A DNA stretch of 64,000 nt from a candidate division FCPU426 bacterium. Its GTDB lineage: Bacteria > Oederibacteriota > Muellerivitia > Muellerivitales > Muellerivitaceae. This document shows, in pieces, positions 55,010-64,000 of this stretch. Positions within the stretch are counted from its first letter, which is position 1. Each line of letters starts with the position of its first letter. The stretch spans positions 22,677 to 86,676 of the forward strand of contig PLZG01000111.1 of the NCBI GenBank assembly GCA_003152075.1. The letters run 5' to 3'. The translations under genes were made by a program, and so were the position numbers. Under the pieces are notes generated by a model. The model saw only the letters and a list, made by a program, of their open reading frames with translations. It did no database searches and had not been told where the DNA came from.

Positions 55010-57294
55010 CTCTTGACTGCCAAAACTTTAGGGTCGAACCAGTCTTCCTTCCCCGAGTCATACTTGAGGTCCACCTGGTAGAAATAATGCCCCGGTGCGA
55101 AAGAAGTAATGTCCATCTGGCTTTCCTGGCCGCCCGTGGACTTCACTTCCTGTAAGCTGGCCGCCAGCTGGGCCGAGGCGTTCCAAACCTTAATGAAAGC
55201 TGTCCCGTTTTCGGCCATGGTGTAGACGAAACGCACCGTTGGCCCGCTGGAAGGGTTGGAATAAACGTAAGGAACCCCGTTGGGCACGGGCGGGGTGGGG
55301 CTGGGCGTAGCCGTGTAAGTGGGGGTGGAAGACGGTGTAAAAACTGGCGTAAACGTGGAGGTTGGGGTTGAGGTAGGAATAAGTGTGGGCGAATTAGTTG
55401 GGCTAAGAGTTGGACTGTTGGTCGGTGTTTTCGTCGGCGTATTGGAAGGCGTTGTAGTAGCTGTGCTGGTCGAAGTCTTAGTAGGTGTACTGGTTGGAGT
55501 CGGGGTCGAAGTCCTAGTTGGTGTTGAAGTCGCGCTATTCGTGGGTGTCCTTGTGGTGGAATTGGTTGGGGTAAGAGTTGGACTGTTGGTCGGTGTGTTA
55601 GAAGGCGTTTTTGTAAGCGTGCTGGTCGAAGTCGGTGTTGGACTGTTAGTACTGGTTGGCGCCAGGGTAAGAGTTGGGGTGGGTGTCGGAGTGGGTGGCT
55701 GGGGTATGACTTGTAGCGCGTTGACCTTGGGGCTATCCGCGCTCCCCGGGCTGAAGGAAACCGTGATCAGTCCTCCGGAAGGGGAAATATTATTGAAGAT
55801 CTTGTCGTCCGCTATCCCGGCGCCGCCCGCGTCGGCAAAGGGGTCGAAGTTGGAAAGAACGGGCGAACCGTTCACCGCCACGTTGAAGACCCTTTGGCCC
55901 GCGCCGGTGAAATCTGTTTCCGCGAACTTCAAGGTCAACTGGTAGGAACCCGTCTGCACCGGGAAGGAATAGCTGAAATTATTGGAACTGAAAAGGTTTC
56001 CGTACCGCTCGGTTTGGTAAAGGGCGGCGTCCGAGGTGCTGGTAATGGGGACGGCAGCCGTTACGGCGTAGTTGTATCCTCCCAAGTACTGGGTGTCGGC
56101 GGCCCAAACATTACTCGCCAAATCGGTGTATGCGGGGCCCCCCGCCACAATACGCCAAACGGTGGCCGCTGCGGCCGCGGGTGTGGGGGTGGCGGTGGCA
56201 AGGTTGCCGCAAGGACCCGTCCCGGAAGCCGCCATGGTGGGAACCAGGGCCGGGCTGTCGGGACTGTAGGCGTAAAAGGTCGCGGGATTGAAGGCTGTCC
56301 CGAAAGTATCCTGGGAGCCGGTAGCGGTCGGGTCGAAAAGATTGTTCACAGCCGTCAAGCTGGGTTGATAGGTTGGCGTGGGTGTGCCGATCGCGAAGGG
56401 GTTGATAGCGCTGACCCCGAAATTATTGTTTTCCACCACCATCTGACCCGCCATGGTATCCCAGGCGCAGTATTGGGCCACGTTGGTGTAATAGTTGTTG
56501 AACAGGTGCGCCAGGCCGAACCGGAACCGGGGGGTGCTGATCCAAACATGGTCGAACCAATTGTGATGGTAGGTGACCTTTAAATAACCGATCTCAGCCG
56601 TGTAGGAATCGCTTCTTCCCACCAGGGACGCTTTGTTGTGGTCGTGGAAATGGCACCAGGAAACGGTGACGTAATTAGCCTGGTCGGTGATGTCGCAAAG
56701 GCCGTCCTCGGCGTGGGAAAGATCGCAATGGTCCACCCAGACATGGTGGGCCGAATGCCAGATGGTGATGGCGTCCCAATTGCAGCACTTGCCCAGGGGA
56801 TCGCCGGGAACGTAAATCTGGCCCAGGACCAGGTTTTGAATAATGACGTTGGAGGTCCCATCCACCACCACCGGGCCGTTCACGATTCCTGACCCGCATC
56901 CCAAGCCCAGTAGCGTCGTGTTTGAGGGAACTTTTTCCGTGTTGCCGTAAGGGGTCAGAACAATCAACCCCTGGACGCAGATGGTTAAAGGTGTGGCTTG
57001 GCCCAAGGCCGTTTCCAACTGGGCCTGGGTGGAAACAGTGACAGCCGTCCCTCCCGCTCCCCCGACCGTGCCGCCCGCGATGGACATGCCGATGGAGTTA
57101 TCCCCATCCACCGCCGCGAAGCCGACACAACCTGGCGCCGCCCCATGAAGGGGGGAGGAGAGGAATAGAAAAAGGAACCCAAACGCCGGAATAAAAGAAT
57201 TCCAGCGTTTAAAAATTTGATCTTGTTTTTGGAAATAACACGGCGGCATGAACCCCTCCCCGAAAATCATAGCATCCCCGGAAGGTTTGTTCAT
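55006..57294 (-). CDS. PL1 pectate lyase, malectin-like carbohydrate-binding domain, PT linker, CTD
   Basis: [38 protein letters not shown] (Pec_lyase_C). [26 protein letters not shown] (malectin). C-terminus [25 protein letters not shown]. Confidence 0.9.
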   Translation of the reverse strand: MNKPSGDAMIFGEGFMPPCYFQKQDQIFKRWNSFIPAFGFLFLFLSSPLHGAAPGCVGFAAVDGDNSIGMSIAGGTVGGAGGTAVTVSTQAQLETALGQATPLTICVQGLIVLTPYGNTEKVPSNTTLLGLGCGSGIVNGPVVVDGTSNVIIQNLVLGQIYVPGDPLGKCCNWDAITIWHSAHHVWVDHCDLSHAEDGLCDITDQANYVTVSWCHFHDHNKASLVGRSDSYTAEIGYLKVTYHHNWFDHVWISTPRFRFGLAHLFNNYYTNVAQYCAWDTMAGQMVVENNNFGVSAINPFAIGTPTPTYQPSLTAVNNLFDPTATGSQDTFGTAFNPATFYAYSPDSPALVPTMAASGTGPCGNLATATPTPAAAAATVWRIVAGGPAYTDLASNVWAADTQYLGGYNYAVTAAVPITSTSDAALYQTERYGNLFSSNNFSYSFPVQTGSYQLTLKFAETDFTGAGQRVFNVAVNGSPVLSNFDPFADAGGAGIADDKIFNNISPSGGLITVSFSPGSADSPKVNALQVIPQPPTPTPTPTLTLAPTSTNSPTPTSTSTLTKTPSNTPTNSPTLTPTNSTTRTPTNSATSTPTRTSTPTPTSTPTKTSTSTATTTPSNTPTKTPTNSPTLSPTNSPTLIPTSTPTSTFTPVFTPSSTPTYTATPSPTPPVPNGVPYVYSNPSSGPTVRFVYTMAENGTAFIKVWNASAQLAASLQEVKSTGGQESQMDITSFAPGHYFYQVDLKYDSGKEDWFDPKVLAVKR

Positions 57295-57320
57295 ATTTCG
57301 ACAGCAAGAACTGGATTTCC

Positions 57321-57941
57321 CTATTCAATACTGACGGTTTTGGACATCTCGGTAGAGCCGGATTTGACCTGAATACGGTAGTTCCCGGCAGGCGCTTTGG
57401 AACCGTTGTCCAAAAGGCCGTCCCAATGGAGGGACCACTTCCCGGGCTTGAGGCTGCCCGTGAAAAGTGCCCGGATGGTCTGGTTATGGGGATCGAGGAT
57501 GGAGACCTGTACGGAAGAAGATTTCTCCAGTTCCACCACCACGCTTAAGCGATTACCCTCGGCGGTGGAAACCAGGCGTTCGGGAATCGTGATAGGCGGC
57601 GGAAGCAGTTTCACCTTGGGCCGGGAAACGGTTTGGGGAATCATAAACGGCGCCAGGGAAACAACGGCCGGCTTGGACCAGAACCACCAGGCCGTGGTTC
57701 CCAACCCGGCAAAAACCGCGGTCAAGAGGACGGCTTTAATCCAGGTCAGGCTATGGGGGACCGAGGAAGCGGAGGGGGAAAGGGTTTGGGGGTCGGGCAG
57801 GCCTAGGGCAAGGTATTCACCACGCAGCTTCTCGCCGAAACCCAAGGCGTCGCCGCTGGATTTTTCCAACAGTTCTTCCAGGGCTTGTGATTCGCCTTCG
57901 GTCAGGTCACGTTTGAAAAATTCCTCGACGAGTCGGTTCAT
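57321..57941 (-). CDS. Putative single-pass anti-sigma factor with a FlgD-Ig/CTD-like ectodomain
   Basis: 4-nt overlap with the ECF sigma gene. TM segment [23 protein letters not shown]-terminus [41 protein letters not shown]. Confidence 0.6.
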   Translation of the reverse strand: MNRLVEEFFKRDLTEGESQALEELLEKSSGDALGFGEKLRGEYLALGLPDPQTLSPSASSVPHSLTWIKAVLLTAVFAGLGTTAWWFWSKPAVVSLAPFMIPQTVSRPKVKLLPPPITIPERLVSTAEGNRLSVVVELEKSSSVQVSILDPHNQTIRALFTGSLKPGKWSLHWDGLLDNGSKAPAGNYRIQVKSGSTEMSKTVSIE

Positions 57942-58519
57942 TGCTTTCCTTCTTTTAGTATCCGTTCCACTTCCGCCTTGAGTGCGGCGGTGCAGCGCGC
58001 CAGCCGGGACATCACCGTCCCCAGTGGGATCTTCAATTTCCGGCTGACCTCTATATAACTGGCTTCGTCCTTGGCCCTTAGTTCGAGGATTTGGCGGCAG
58101 GGATCACCGATCCCCTTCAAGGCCTTCTTCAGGATTTGAAGCCTGTCTTTTTTCTCCCTTGACCGGTCCGCCTGGTCGGCGGCTTCCAATGACCGGGACC
58201 GGAGGAACCCTTCCAGGTCTTCCTCCGCCTGCGCGGTCACCTGGCTTCGGCTTCGGTAGTGCCGGTAGCACTTATGGATGCAAATCTGCGTCAGCCAGGT
58301 ATCCAGGGCGGACCGGAACTCGAACTGCGGGAGCTTCTGGAAAGCCACCATGAACGCTTCCTGGAGGATATCTTCGATCTCCGGGTCATTGGCGCCCATG
58401 AAGTAGACACAAAAGCTGTGGAGCTTTTGCCGGTAAGCCTGGTAGAACTCGGTCCTTGCCCCTTCGTCGCCCTTTAGGACCCTTTCCACCAATCTCCGCT
58501 CGTCCAATGGAACTCCCAA
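57938..58519 (-). CDS. ECF (group 4) sigma-70 family factor
   Basis: Region 2 ..LHSFCVYFMG..DILQEAFMVAF..WLTQICIHKC. Region 4 SYIEVSRKLKIPLGTVMSRLARC. TTG start with GGAGG upstream. Confidence 0.85.
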   Translation of the reverse strand: MGVPLDERRLVERVLKGDEGARTEFYQAYRQKLHSFCVYFMGANDPEIEDILQEAFMVAFQKLPQFEFRSALDTWLTQICIHKCYRHYRSRSQVTAQAEEDLEGFLRSRSLEAADQADRSREKKDRLQILKKALKGIGDPCRQILELRAKDEASYIEVSRKLKIPLGTVMSRLARCTAALKAEVERILKEGKQ

Positions 58520-58679
58520 TGACTTAGAGCCTCCAGCGGGGAAAATATTCCCTTAAAAGGCCCAGAATTTAATAAACCTGGTGGAATTATAGATGAAACC
58601 GCTTACAAAGCCGAAGTCTTTGGTGGAAAGAGCCGCTAGGACCTTGCCAATTCTTCTTTGAATAATAAACCCATTGAAC

Positions 58680-60533
58680 TTAGATGGTAGGCCGCGGGGC
58701 CGGTTTCAAAGGGGTTGCTACCGGCGTAAGCGCCGGGGTTGGCGAGGGCGGTTTCACTTTTGAGAACCAATAACCTGAGTAAAAGATTCGCGGATTCCCT
58801 TCCTCATCCTCCACCCCGTGCAGGGTTCCCCCGTCCCCGTAAAAAAGCCCCGGCACCACCACATCCTCATCGGAAATGGGCAGGAGGGCGATCTTGAATT
58901 CCTTGTCCTTGATATGAAGCGCCTTGAGGGAGACCTTCAATACCACCGTCAGGTAATCCCCCTTTTGGGCCAAGGTAATCCGGCTGAATTCCATTTGCCC
59001 GTCGGAGTTTTCCAGGACATATTCCCCCTGCCGTTTTTTCCAGGCTTCGGGTATCACGACCGGGGCGATCCTCACGAAAGGAATGGGAAAATGAAGGCCT
59101 CCCAAAAGGATGACGTCCTTCCCTCCCCCGTTGGAAAAAGTCAGGGGATATTGGGGCAGGTCGATGGGAAAGAGGATGAATACGAAGCGGGGGATGAAGG
59201 TGACCTGGGATACGGATAGGAGGTCCAACTGGTGGCCATCAAAATCCAGTCGAAGGTTTTTTTCCCCAAGACTGATACCGGCGAGCTGGGCCAGGGCCGA
59301 GTAGGTGCCGGTGTATTTCGCCAGGGTCTCCCGCGGAACCACCACGAGGGGCGGCATCTTGATTTTCTTTTTTTCCAGGTTCGCCTGGATTCCCTTTTTC
59401 ACCTGGAGCGCCAATTTGAGGGTCCTGGCCGCCAAGTCGTCCGCGATCTTGCCCGCCTCGCTGGAGTTCGAAAGGATGGCCACGCCCAGCCCTTCTTCCC
59501 GGGAAACCATCATGGCCGCGAAATAGCCCGGATAGGTCCCGTCGATCCAGGCCAGGTCCTGCAGCCCGTCAAAGTTAAAACCGCTCAAGTTCCATCCCAT
59601 TCCCACATCATGGCCAAAATCCAGCGATAGTTTCGGGAATTGGGGCGTGAAAAGGCCTTCAATGGAGTTTTCACTCAACGGCGCTTCCTCCGGTGCCTCC
59701 GCGCCGAAAAGGAAGCTGAGGAACTTGGCCAGATCGTTGGCGGAGGAAACCATCCCACCCGCCGGGACATCCCGCAAATGCGCTTGGGCTATGGGATTCC
59801 CCTCAAAGTAACCTTTGGCCGTGGACGCGTCCGGCAGGGGCGTCTCAAAGGCCGAGGAATCCATCCCCAAGTGATCAAAGAAGTCTACCTTCATGGCGAT
59901 CGCGAAGGGCTTTTTGCGGTTGAGTTCCACCAGCCGGCCCAGCAGGTCGTAATCGGTGTAGGAATAGCGGTAGTGGGTCTGGGGCGGATCGTAAAGGTAA
60001 TCGCTTTTCAAGTCCTTGAGGAACTCAGGGAGGGTCTCCGGCTGGTCCACCCAAATTCCCTTGAGGAAAAACCCCGGCAGGCCCGAGTGGCCGGCAAGGA
60101 GGGCGCGGGGCGTGATGGGTTTTGTTTTTGGGAAACGGCTTTGGATGGAAAAACCGGGGACGTAACTTTGAATGGGCTGATCCAACAGGATTTTTCCCTG
60201 TTCGCTCAAATGAACCACCTCGGCCGCGGTAAACACGCGGGAGACACCCCCCAGGGCGTAGCGGGTATTCTCCGTGGCGAGGATTTTCTTTTGCTGGTCC
60301 GCGTAGCCAAAGCCCTTCACCCAGACAACATTGGGCCCGTCCACCAGGGCGATGCTCAAACCCTTCACGTTTTCCTTACCCATTTGCTCTTGGATGTACC
60401 GGGTGAGGTTTTCTTTTAATTGGTCATAGGTATAGGGGACCGGGGTCGGGGTGCCGACAGGGGCTTGGGCATAAGCCTGGATGGAAACGAATAATAAGGC
60501 CGTGGCGAAAGCATGAATTTTATGGTTTTTCAT
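58680..60533 (-). CDS. Beta-lactamase/PBP-fold protein with degenerate catalytic motifs (probable pseudoenzyme)
   Basis: Signal peptide. The SxxK position reads GVSR, the YxN position reads YSY, and the H/KxG position reads IDG. The fold motif LLAGHSGLP is retained. Confidence 0.7.
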   Translation of the reverse strand: MKNHKIHAFATALLFVSIQAYAQAPVGTPTPVPYTYDQLKENLTRYIQEQMGKENVKGLSIALVDGPNVVWVKGFGYADQQKKILATENTRYALGGVSRVFTAAEVVHLSEQGKILLDQPIQSYVPGFSIQSRFPKTKPITPRALLAGHSGLPGFFLKGIWVDQPETLPEFLKDLKSDYLYDPPQTHYRYSYTDYDLLGRLVELNRKKPFAIAMKVDFFDHLGMDSSAFETPLPDASTAKGYFEGNPIAQAHLRDVPAGGMVSSANDLAKFLSFLFGAEAPEEAPLSENSIEGLFTPQFPKLSLDFGHDVGMGWNLSGFNFDGLQDLAWIDGTYPGYFAAMMVSREEGLGVAILSNSSEAGKIADDLAARTLKLALQVKKGIQANLEKKKIKMPPLVVVPRETLAKYTGTYSALAQLAGISLGEKNLRLDFDGHQLDLLSVSQVTFIPRFVFILFPIDLPQYPLTFSNGGGKDVILLGGLHFPIPFVRIAPVVIPEAWKKRQGEYVLENSDGQMEFSRITLAQKGDYLTVVLKVSLKALHIKDKEFKIALLPISDEDVVVPGLFYGDGGTLHGVEDEEGNPRIFYSGYWFSKVKPPSPTPALTPVATPLKPAPRPTI

Positions 60534-60582
60534 AGGTGGTCTTCAAAATTTTACCAGAGCGGCGTCTATCCCGGCAGGTAAA

Positions 60583-62595
60583 TTAATGCCCCGCGCTCTT
60601 GGGAACCTGCTCAAAGACGTAATTTTTTTGGGGCGTCTTATAGGTCATGGTCTTGTGCCCTTCCTTGTCGTTCAATATGAACTCAGACCAGGTCAGGGGA
60701 GGATCCACAAGATAAATATAAGTATCCACCCTGTTTAACGACTCATAACCGGTGATATGCGCTTTCCATTTGCCCGCGTCGAACATTCCGCCCTCCTGGG
60801 TCACTAGGAGGGAAACATGGCCCAAGGCCTCATTGACATAATCCCCCGTGAAATTGTAAAACCAGGATTGGGCCGACTGACTGGAAACTGCCCGGGTCAA
60901 TATATCAGCTTGGGACTTTCGGTAGCTGATATCCCGATCCAGGTGGTCTTGGGCTTGGGATTCCCTTCCGGTAACAAGCTCCATAAACCTCTCATAAACG
61001 GTTCCGCGGAAATACCCCGCCTGGCCGGCGTTAGTCAAAATTACCACTCCTATATTTTGGGCCGGAAGCATGAACATATTAGAGGTATAACCCGTTGAAT
61101 TGCCGCCGTGGCTCACCACCGAAACGCCTTTGTCATCCTCCACCACTAAACCAAGACCGTAAGCCGCCTTGTCCGATATCCGGGCCTGGGGTTCCCGGCG
61201 CTTCAACAAATTCGCTTCCGACACGATGCGGGTACCGTCCGGTCCTATTCCCTTGGCTAATTCCATCAACATATATTGGGATAAATCCTCCACGTTGGAC
61301 CAGGCGCCCGCCGCCGGGGCCACCGGGCCAATCCAATCGTTATAGGTCAGGGGAACGGGAAGGTAATCATAGTCCAGCTTGTAACAATGGGGGCTCCCAT
61401 GCTCGCTTTGGGCGATGGATTGGAAATCCAGGGTGGTGTCTTTCATGCCCAAGGGGCCGAAAACATATTCCTTCATCACCGCCGCGTAGGCCGGGCCCAG
61501 CGGCAGTTCGGGATGAACCACCCGCGCGGCCGCGTATCCCCCCGCCGCCACCATGATATTGCTGTATTGGAAGGTCTCCCCGAATCCGGTGGTGGGAGCC
61601 ATGGTCCTCATTTTTTCAATGACGTCCTCGGGGCTGGTGTATCCGACGGGAAAAACCAAATCCGCATCCTGCCGGGGCAGGCCTGCGCAGGCGCAGACTG
61701 TGTATTTCATGGTCAGTTCACCGGTCACTTTGGGATCGGCCAGTTGAAAACCGGGGATGAGTTGGGTGATTGGGGTATCCCAGGTTAATTTTCCCGCGTC
61801 CACCAGCCGGGCCATCAAGAGGGTCGTCAAGGGTTTGGTCATGGAAGCGATGGAAAAGAGCGTCTTGGTGGTGACGGGGACTTTCTTGTCTTTCTCGCAT
61901 ACCCCAAAACCCTTGGCGTAAACAACTTTACCGTCTTTCACGATGGCCACCGCCGCCCCCGGTATATCACACCGGGTCCGGGCCTGTTCCAGGAAATCCT
62001 CGAAGGTCTTGAAAAAATTGGCGTCCAATCCCCCTGTAGGCGTGGGGACGATTTTCGCTTTTTCTCCCGGCATTTTTAAGCTTCCGAGGATGACATCCAA
62101 TTGGGCGGAGCGTTTGGCCGCGGAGACTCGGTCATAATCGAGAAGACCGACATACCAACGATTGTTTCTTTTCTTGGAAATGGCGTAGAAGCCCCTGGTT
62201 TCACTTGCTTTTCTCGGGTTCTCGTCGCTCGGCACAAAATACCAAACCCGGTACTCTTCATCCCAATCGTCGAGTTTGAGGTTATGTTGCTTATGGGCAA
62301 CCGCCAGGGAAACATCGGGGCTGTAACTTTTCCGGGCATCGTTAATCACGTCCAACCCGTCGCCTTCCTGGCTTTCCGATAAAACCAGGGTCATTTTGCC
62401 GTCTGGATCCTTGAGGATAAATTGACCGTTCTTGGGCTGAACGAGCCATCCCTTGGGAACGTTGAATTGGGCCCCCGATGGCATCGAATATGTAACTTCG
62501 GGATTTAATAGGGTGCCCGTATCTTGGGCCGCGACGAATGAAAATCCGTGGGTGAGAAATAACAAAGCCGGGAATATCACACGAAGGGATTTCAT
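60583..62595 (-). CDS. Beta-lactamase-family serine hydrolase with N- and C-terminal extra domains
   Basis: Intact SMTK, YSN and HGG motifs. Signal peptide. Confidence 0.8.
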   Translation of the reverse strand: MKSLRVIFPALLFLTHGFSFVAAQDTGTLLNPEVTYSMPSGAQFNVPKGWLVQPKNGQFILKDPDGKMTLVLSESQEGDGLDVINDARKSYSPDVSLAVAHKQHNLKLDDWDEEYRVWYFVPSDENPRKASETRGFYAISKKRNNRWYVGLLDYDRVSAAKRSAQLDVILGSLKMPGEKAKIVPTPTGGLDANFFKTFEDFLEQARTRCDIPGAAVAIVKDGKVVYAKGFGVCEKDKKVPVTTKTLFSIASMTKPLTTLLMARLVDAGKLTWDTPITQLIPGFQLADPKVTGELTMKYTVCACAGLPRQDADLVFPVGYTSPEDVIEKMRTMAPTTGFGETFQYSNIMVAAGGYAAARVVHPELPLGPAYAAVMKEYVFGPLGMKDTTLDFQSIAQSEHGSPHCYKLDYDYLPVPLTYNDWIGPVAPAAGAWSNVEDLSQYMLMELAKGIGPDGTRIVSEANLLKRREPQARISDKAAYGLGLVVEDDKGVSVVSHGGNSTGYTSNMFMLPAQNIGVVILTNAGQAGYFRGTVYERFMELVTGRESQAQDHLDRDISYRKSQADILTRAVSSQSAQSWFYNFTGDYVNEALGHVSLLVTQEGGMFDAGKWKAHITGYESLNRVDTYIYLVDPPLTWSEFILNDKEGHKTMTYKTPQKNYVFEQVPKSAGH

Positions 62596-62636
62596 AAAAT
62601 TCCTTTCTTATAATCAAATCAATTGATTCAAATAAT

Positions 62637-63077
62637 TTAACTAGTCAAAGCCTTATCAATCTTATCCAAATGGTTCCGTCGGTGCTGGGCCCGGTGGAGA
62701 TTGCGCTCAAAACCCATTTTGATCAGTTCCTCGGCTTGGGCCGGGGTCAGGCTTTCCACTTCCTTATCAATCGCCTCCGCCGCCGCGATGACAAGGTTAA
62801 CCACGGAAGGCGAGGGAATAAATTCGGAAATAAGGCTGATGGGATCATTGATCGAATCCGCGTCCACCGACACTGGTTTTTTGCCGTCCATGATCCATCG
62901 TTTGAGCATGCTTAACTGGCGCAGGTCCCAAAAGGCCAGGTGAGTGAGGGTTCCCTTAACGGTCCAGCCATTCATCAACCGGCGACCCAGGTCCACCCCC
63001 TTCTTGTTGGTCAGAAGGGCCATAAGCCTTTCCCTTTCCTTGCGGTTGTCTTGGATTATCGTTTGAAGATCAGGCAT
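62637..63077 (-). CDS. DinB-like four-helix-bundle protein
   Basis: 146 aa. TLTHLAFWD and a C-terminal H-rich helix (HRAQHRRNHL). Confidence 0.4.
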   Translation of the reverse strand: MPDLQTIIQDNRKERERLMALLTNKKGVDLGRRLMNGWTVKGTLTHLAFWDLRQLSMLKRWIMDGKKPVSVDADSINDPISLISEFIPSPSVVNLVIAAAEAIDKEVESLTPAQAEELIKMGFERNLHRAQHRRNHLDKIDKALTS

Positions 63078-63096
63078 TGGAAGCCTCCCTTAGAAA

Positions 63097-63366
63097 TTAA
63101 CCGATCAGCTGGTCGTCCCAATCATGTACGGTGTATTTCACCACCAAACCTTCCGTCACGAAAGGGTCCTTATTCACAAAGGCTTCAGCGGCCTCCCGGT
63201 TTTTGAAGATGGCCATGGAGCCGTTCTTTCCCCCGTTGAAAGTGCCAACCCCCAGGACTTCCTTTTGTTCGATGAGGGGGTCCATGACGGCCTTGTGCCG
63301 CGGAAAAGCCGTCCGAAAGGCTTCCACGGGAGTGGTTCCGGTTTCATAAAGCAGTACAGCTTTCAT
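63097..63366 (-). CDS. YciI-like protein
   Basis: 89 aa. ..FKNREAAEAFVNKDPFV..GLV..V.DW pattern. Confidence 0.6.
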   Translation of the reverse strand: MKAVLLYETGTTPVEAFRTAFPRHKAVMDPLIEQKEVLGVGTFNGGKNGSMAIFKNREAAEAFVNKDPFVTEGLVVKYTVHDWDDQLIG

Positions 63367-63375
63367 ATTTCCCCC

Positions 63376-64000
63376 TTAAATTGAGTCAAGTGGTGGGTCA
63401 ATTTCACCCCGAAGAATAGTCACGGCCTTCCCTCCCAGGTATACCCGGTCGCCCTCACAACGGACCTTCAACTCCCCGCCCCGGGACGAGGCTTGGGTGG
63501 CGGAGAAGTTATTCTTGTTAAGCCGGTCCATCCAAAAGGGCCCCAAGGCGCAATGGGCCGAACCCGTCACCGGGTCTTCCGGGATACCGGCCAGGGGCGC
63601 GAAAAAACGGGAAACAAAATCATAAACCGGTTCATCCGAGGCCGCCGTCACAATAACCCCGTGCAATTGGGCGTTCAAGTAGGATTCCATTTTCTTAAAG
63701 TCCGGCTTCAGGTTCCTGACAATCCCGGCGGATTCCAACTCGGCCAAATATTGGGTTCCGTTATGGCCCAGGCTTACCACCTTGGCTCCCAAGGATTCCT
63801 CCAAGCCCGAGATCTTTTCGCAGGGGACTACCGGGGTCGCCGGAAAATCCAGTTCAATCAAGCCGTCCTTTTGGACTGCCTTCAAGAGGCCGCTCTTGGT
63901 AAAGAACCGGGCTTCCTCGTCCTTTTTCAAAAGGCCTTCCTGCCAAAGAGCGTGGGCGCTTGCCAGGGTCGCGTGGCCGCAAAGGGCTATCTCGAGGACC
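63376..64000 (-). CDS. PhzF-family isomerase. The N-terminus lies beyond the window edge.
   Basis: The frame is open to base 64000 (..LEIALCGHATLASAHALW..). EDPVTGSAHCALGPFW motif. Confidence 0.8.
   Translation of the reverse strand, partial: VLEIALCGHATLASAHALWQEGLLKKDEEARFFTKSGLLKAVQKDGLIELDFPATPVVPCEKISGLEESLGAKVVSLGHNGTQYLAELESAGIVRNLKPDFKKMESYLNAQLHGVIVTAASDEPVYDFVSRFFAPLAGIPEDPVTGSAHCALGPFWMDRLNKNNFSATQASSRGGELKVRCEGDRVYLGGKAVTILRGEIDPPLDSI

Noticed and set aside
1-64000. Search for tRNA, rRNA, CRISPR, transposase, integrase, or phage or defence gene sets.
   Set aside because: I recognised nothing in any frame or intergenic region. The two AT-richer orphan genes (10018.., 42721..) have no flanking recombinase or clear target-site duplications.

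Overview
This is a 64-kb chromosomal segment, roughly 55% GC by eye, from what looks like an uncultivated diderm bacterium. I saw no rRNA, tRNA, CRISPR array, transposase or integrase.

Three themes dominate.

(1) Cation and nitrogen homeostasis.
- A 5'-truncated KdpD-type kinase plus KdpE at the left edge.
- An ArsB/NhaD-type permease.
- A sigma54-driven amtB followed by two tandem PII genes.
- A CPA2 antiporter with an RCK_C domain.
- An APC/USP transporter preceded by an unannotated c-di-AMP (ydaO-class) riboswitch.
- A kdpFABC operon decorated with four extra tiny membrane ORFs, divergent from a full-length kdpD-kdpE.

(2) A pqq operon.
- It contains an unannotated 32-codon pqqA, pqqB, pqqC and a pqqD-pqqE fusion.
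- It is interrupted between pqqB and pqqC by an AT-rich secreted orphan gene and carries a REP-like palindrome.

(3) Seven large secreted proteins with one shared design.
- Each has a functional module, then a Pro/Thr/Ser low-complexity linker, then a roughly 85-aa C-terminal PNP...WDG...GxYY...K-hydrophobic domain (T9SS type-A / FlgD-Ig-like).
- Four of them sit in one minus-strand cluster: ECF sigma, anti-sigma with a CTD-like ectodomain, PL1 pectate lyase-malectin, a PorV-like barrel fused to TPR, GH28, and a DUF11/(TS)n protein.
- This cluster is my best candidate for an undescribed system.

Other content:
- tandem GAF-GGDEF cyclases and deoC;
- a DsbD-N/thioredoxin pair;
- a GT9 glycosyltransferase plus a permease;
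- two beta-lactamase-fold paralogues, one apparently catalytically dead;
- DinB-like, YciI-like and PhzF-like genes;
- decayed 3'-end gene duplicates;
- a family of intergenic hairpins built from 8-9-nt CACSAAG units.

All calls come from reading the sequence and the ORF track. Hand-counted motif coordinates may be off by 1-2 nt, and no database search was run.
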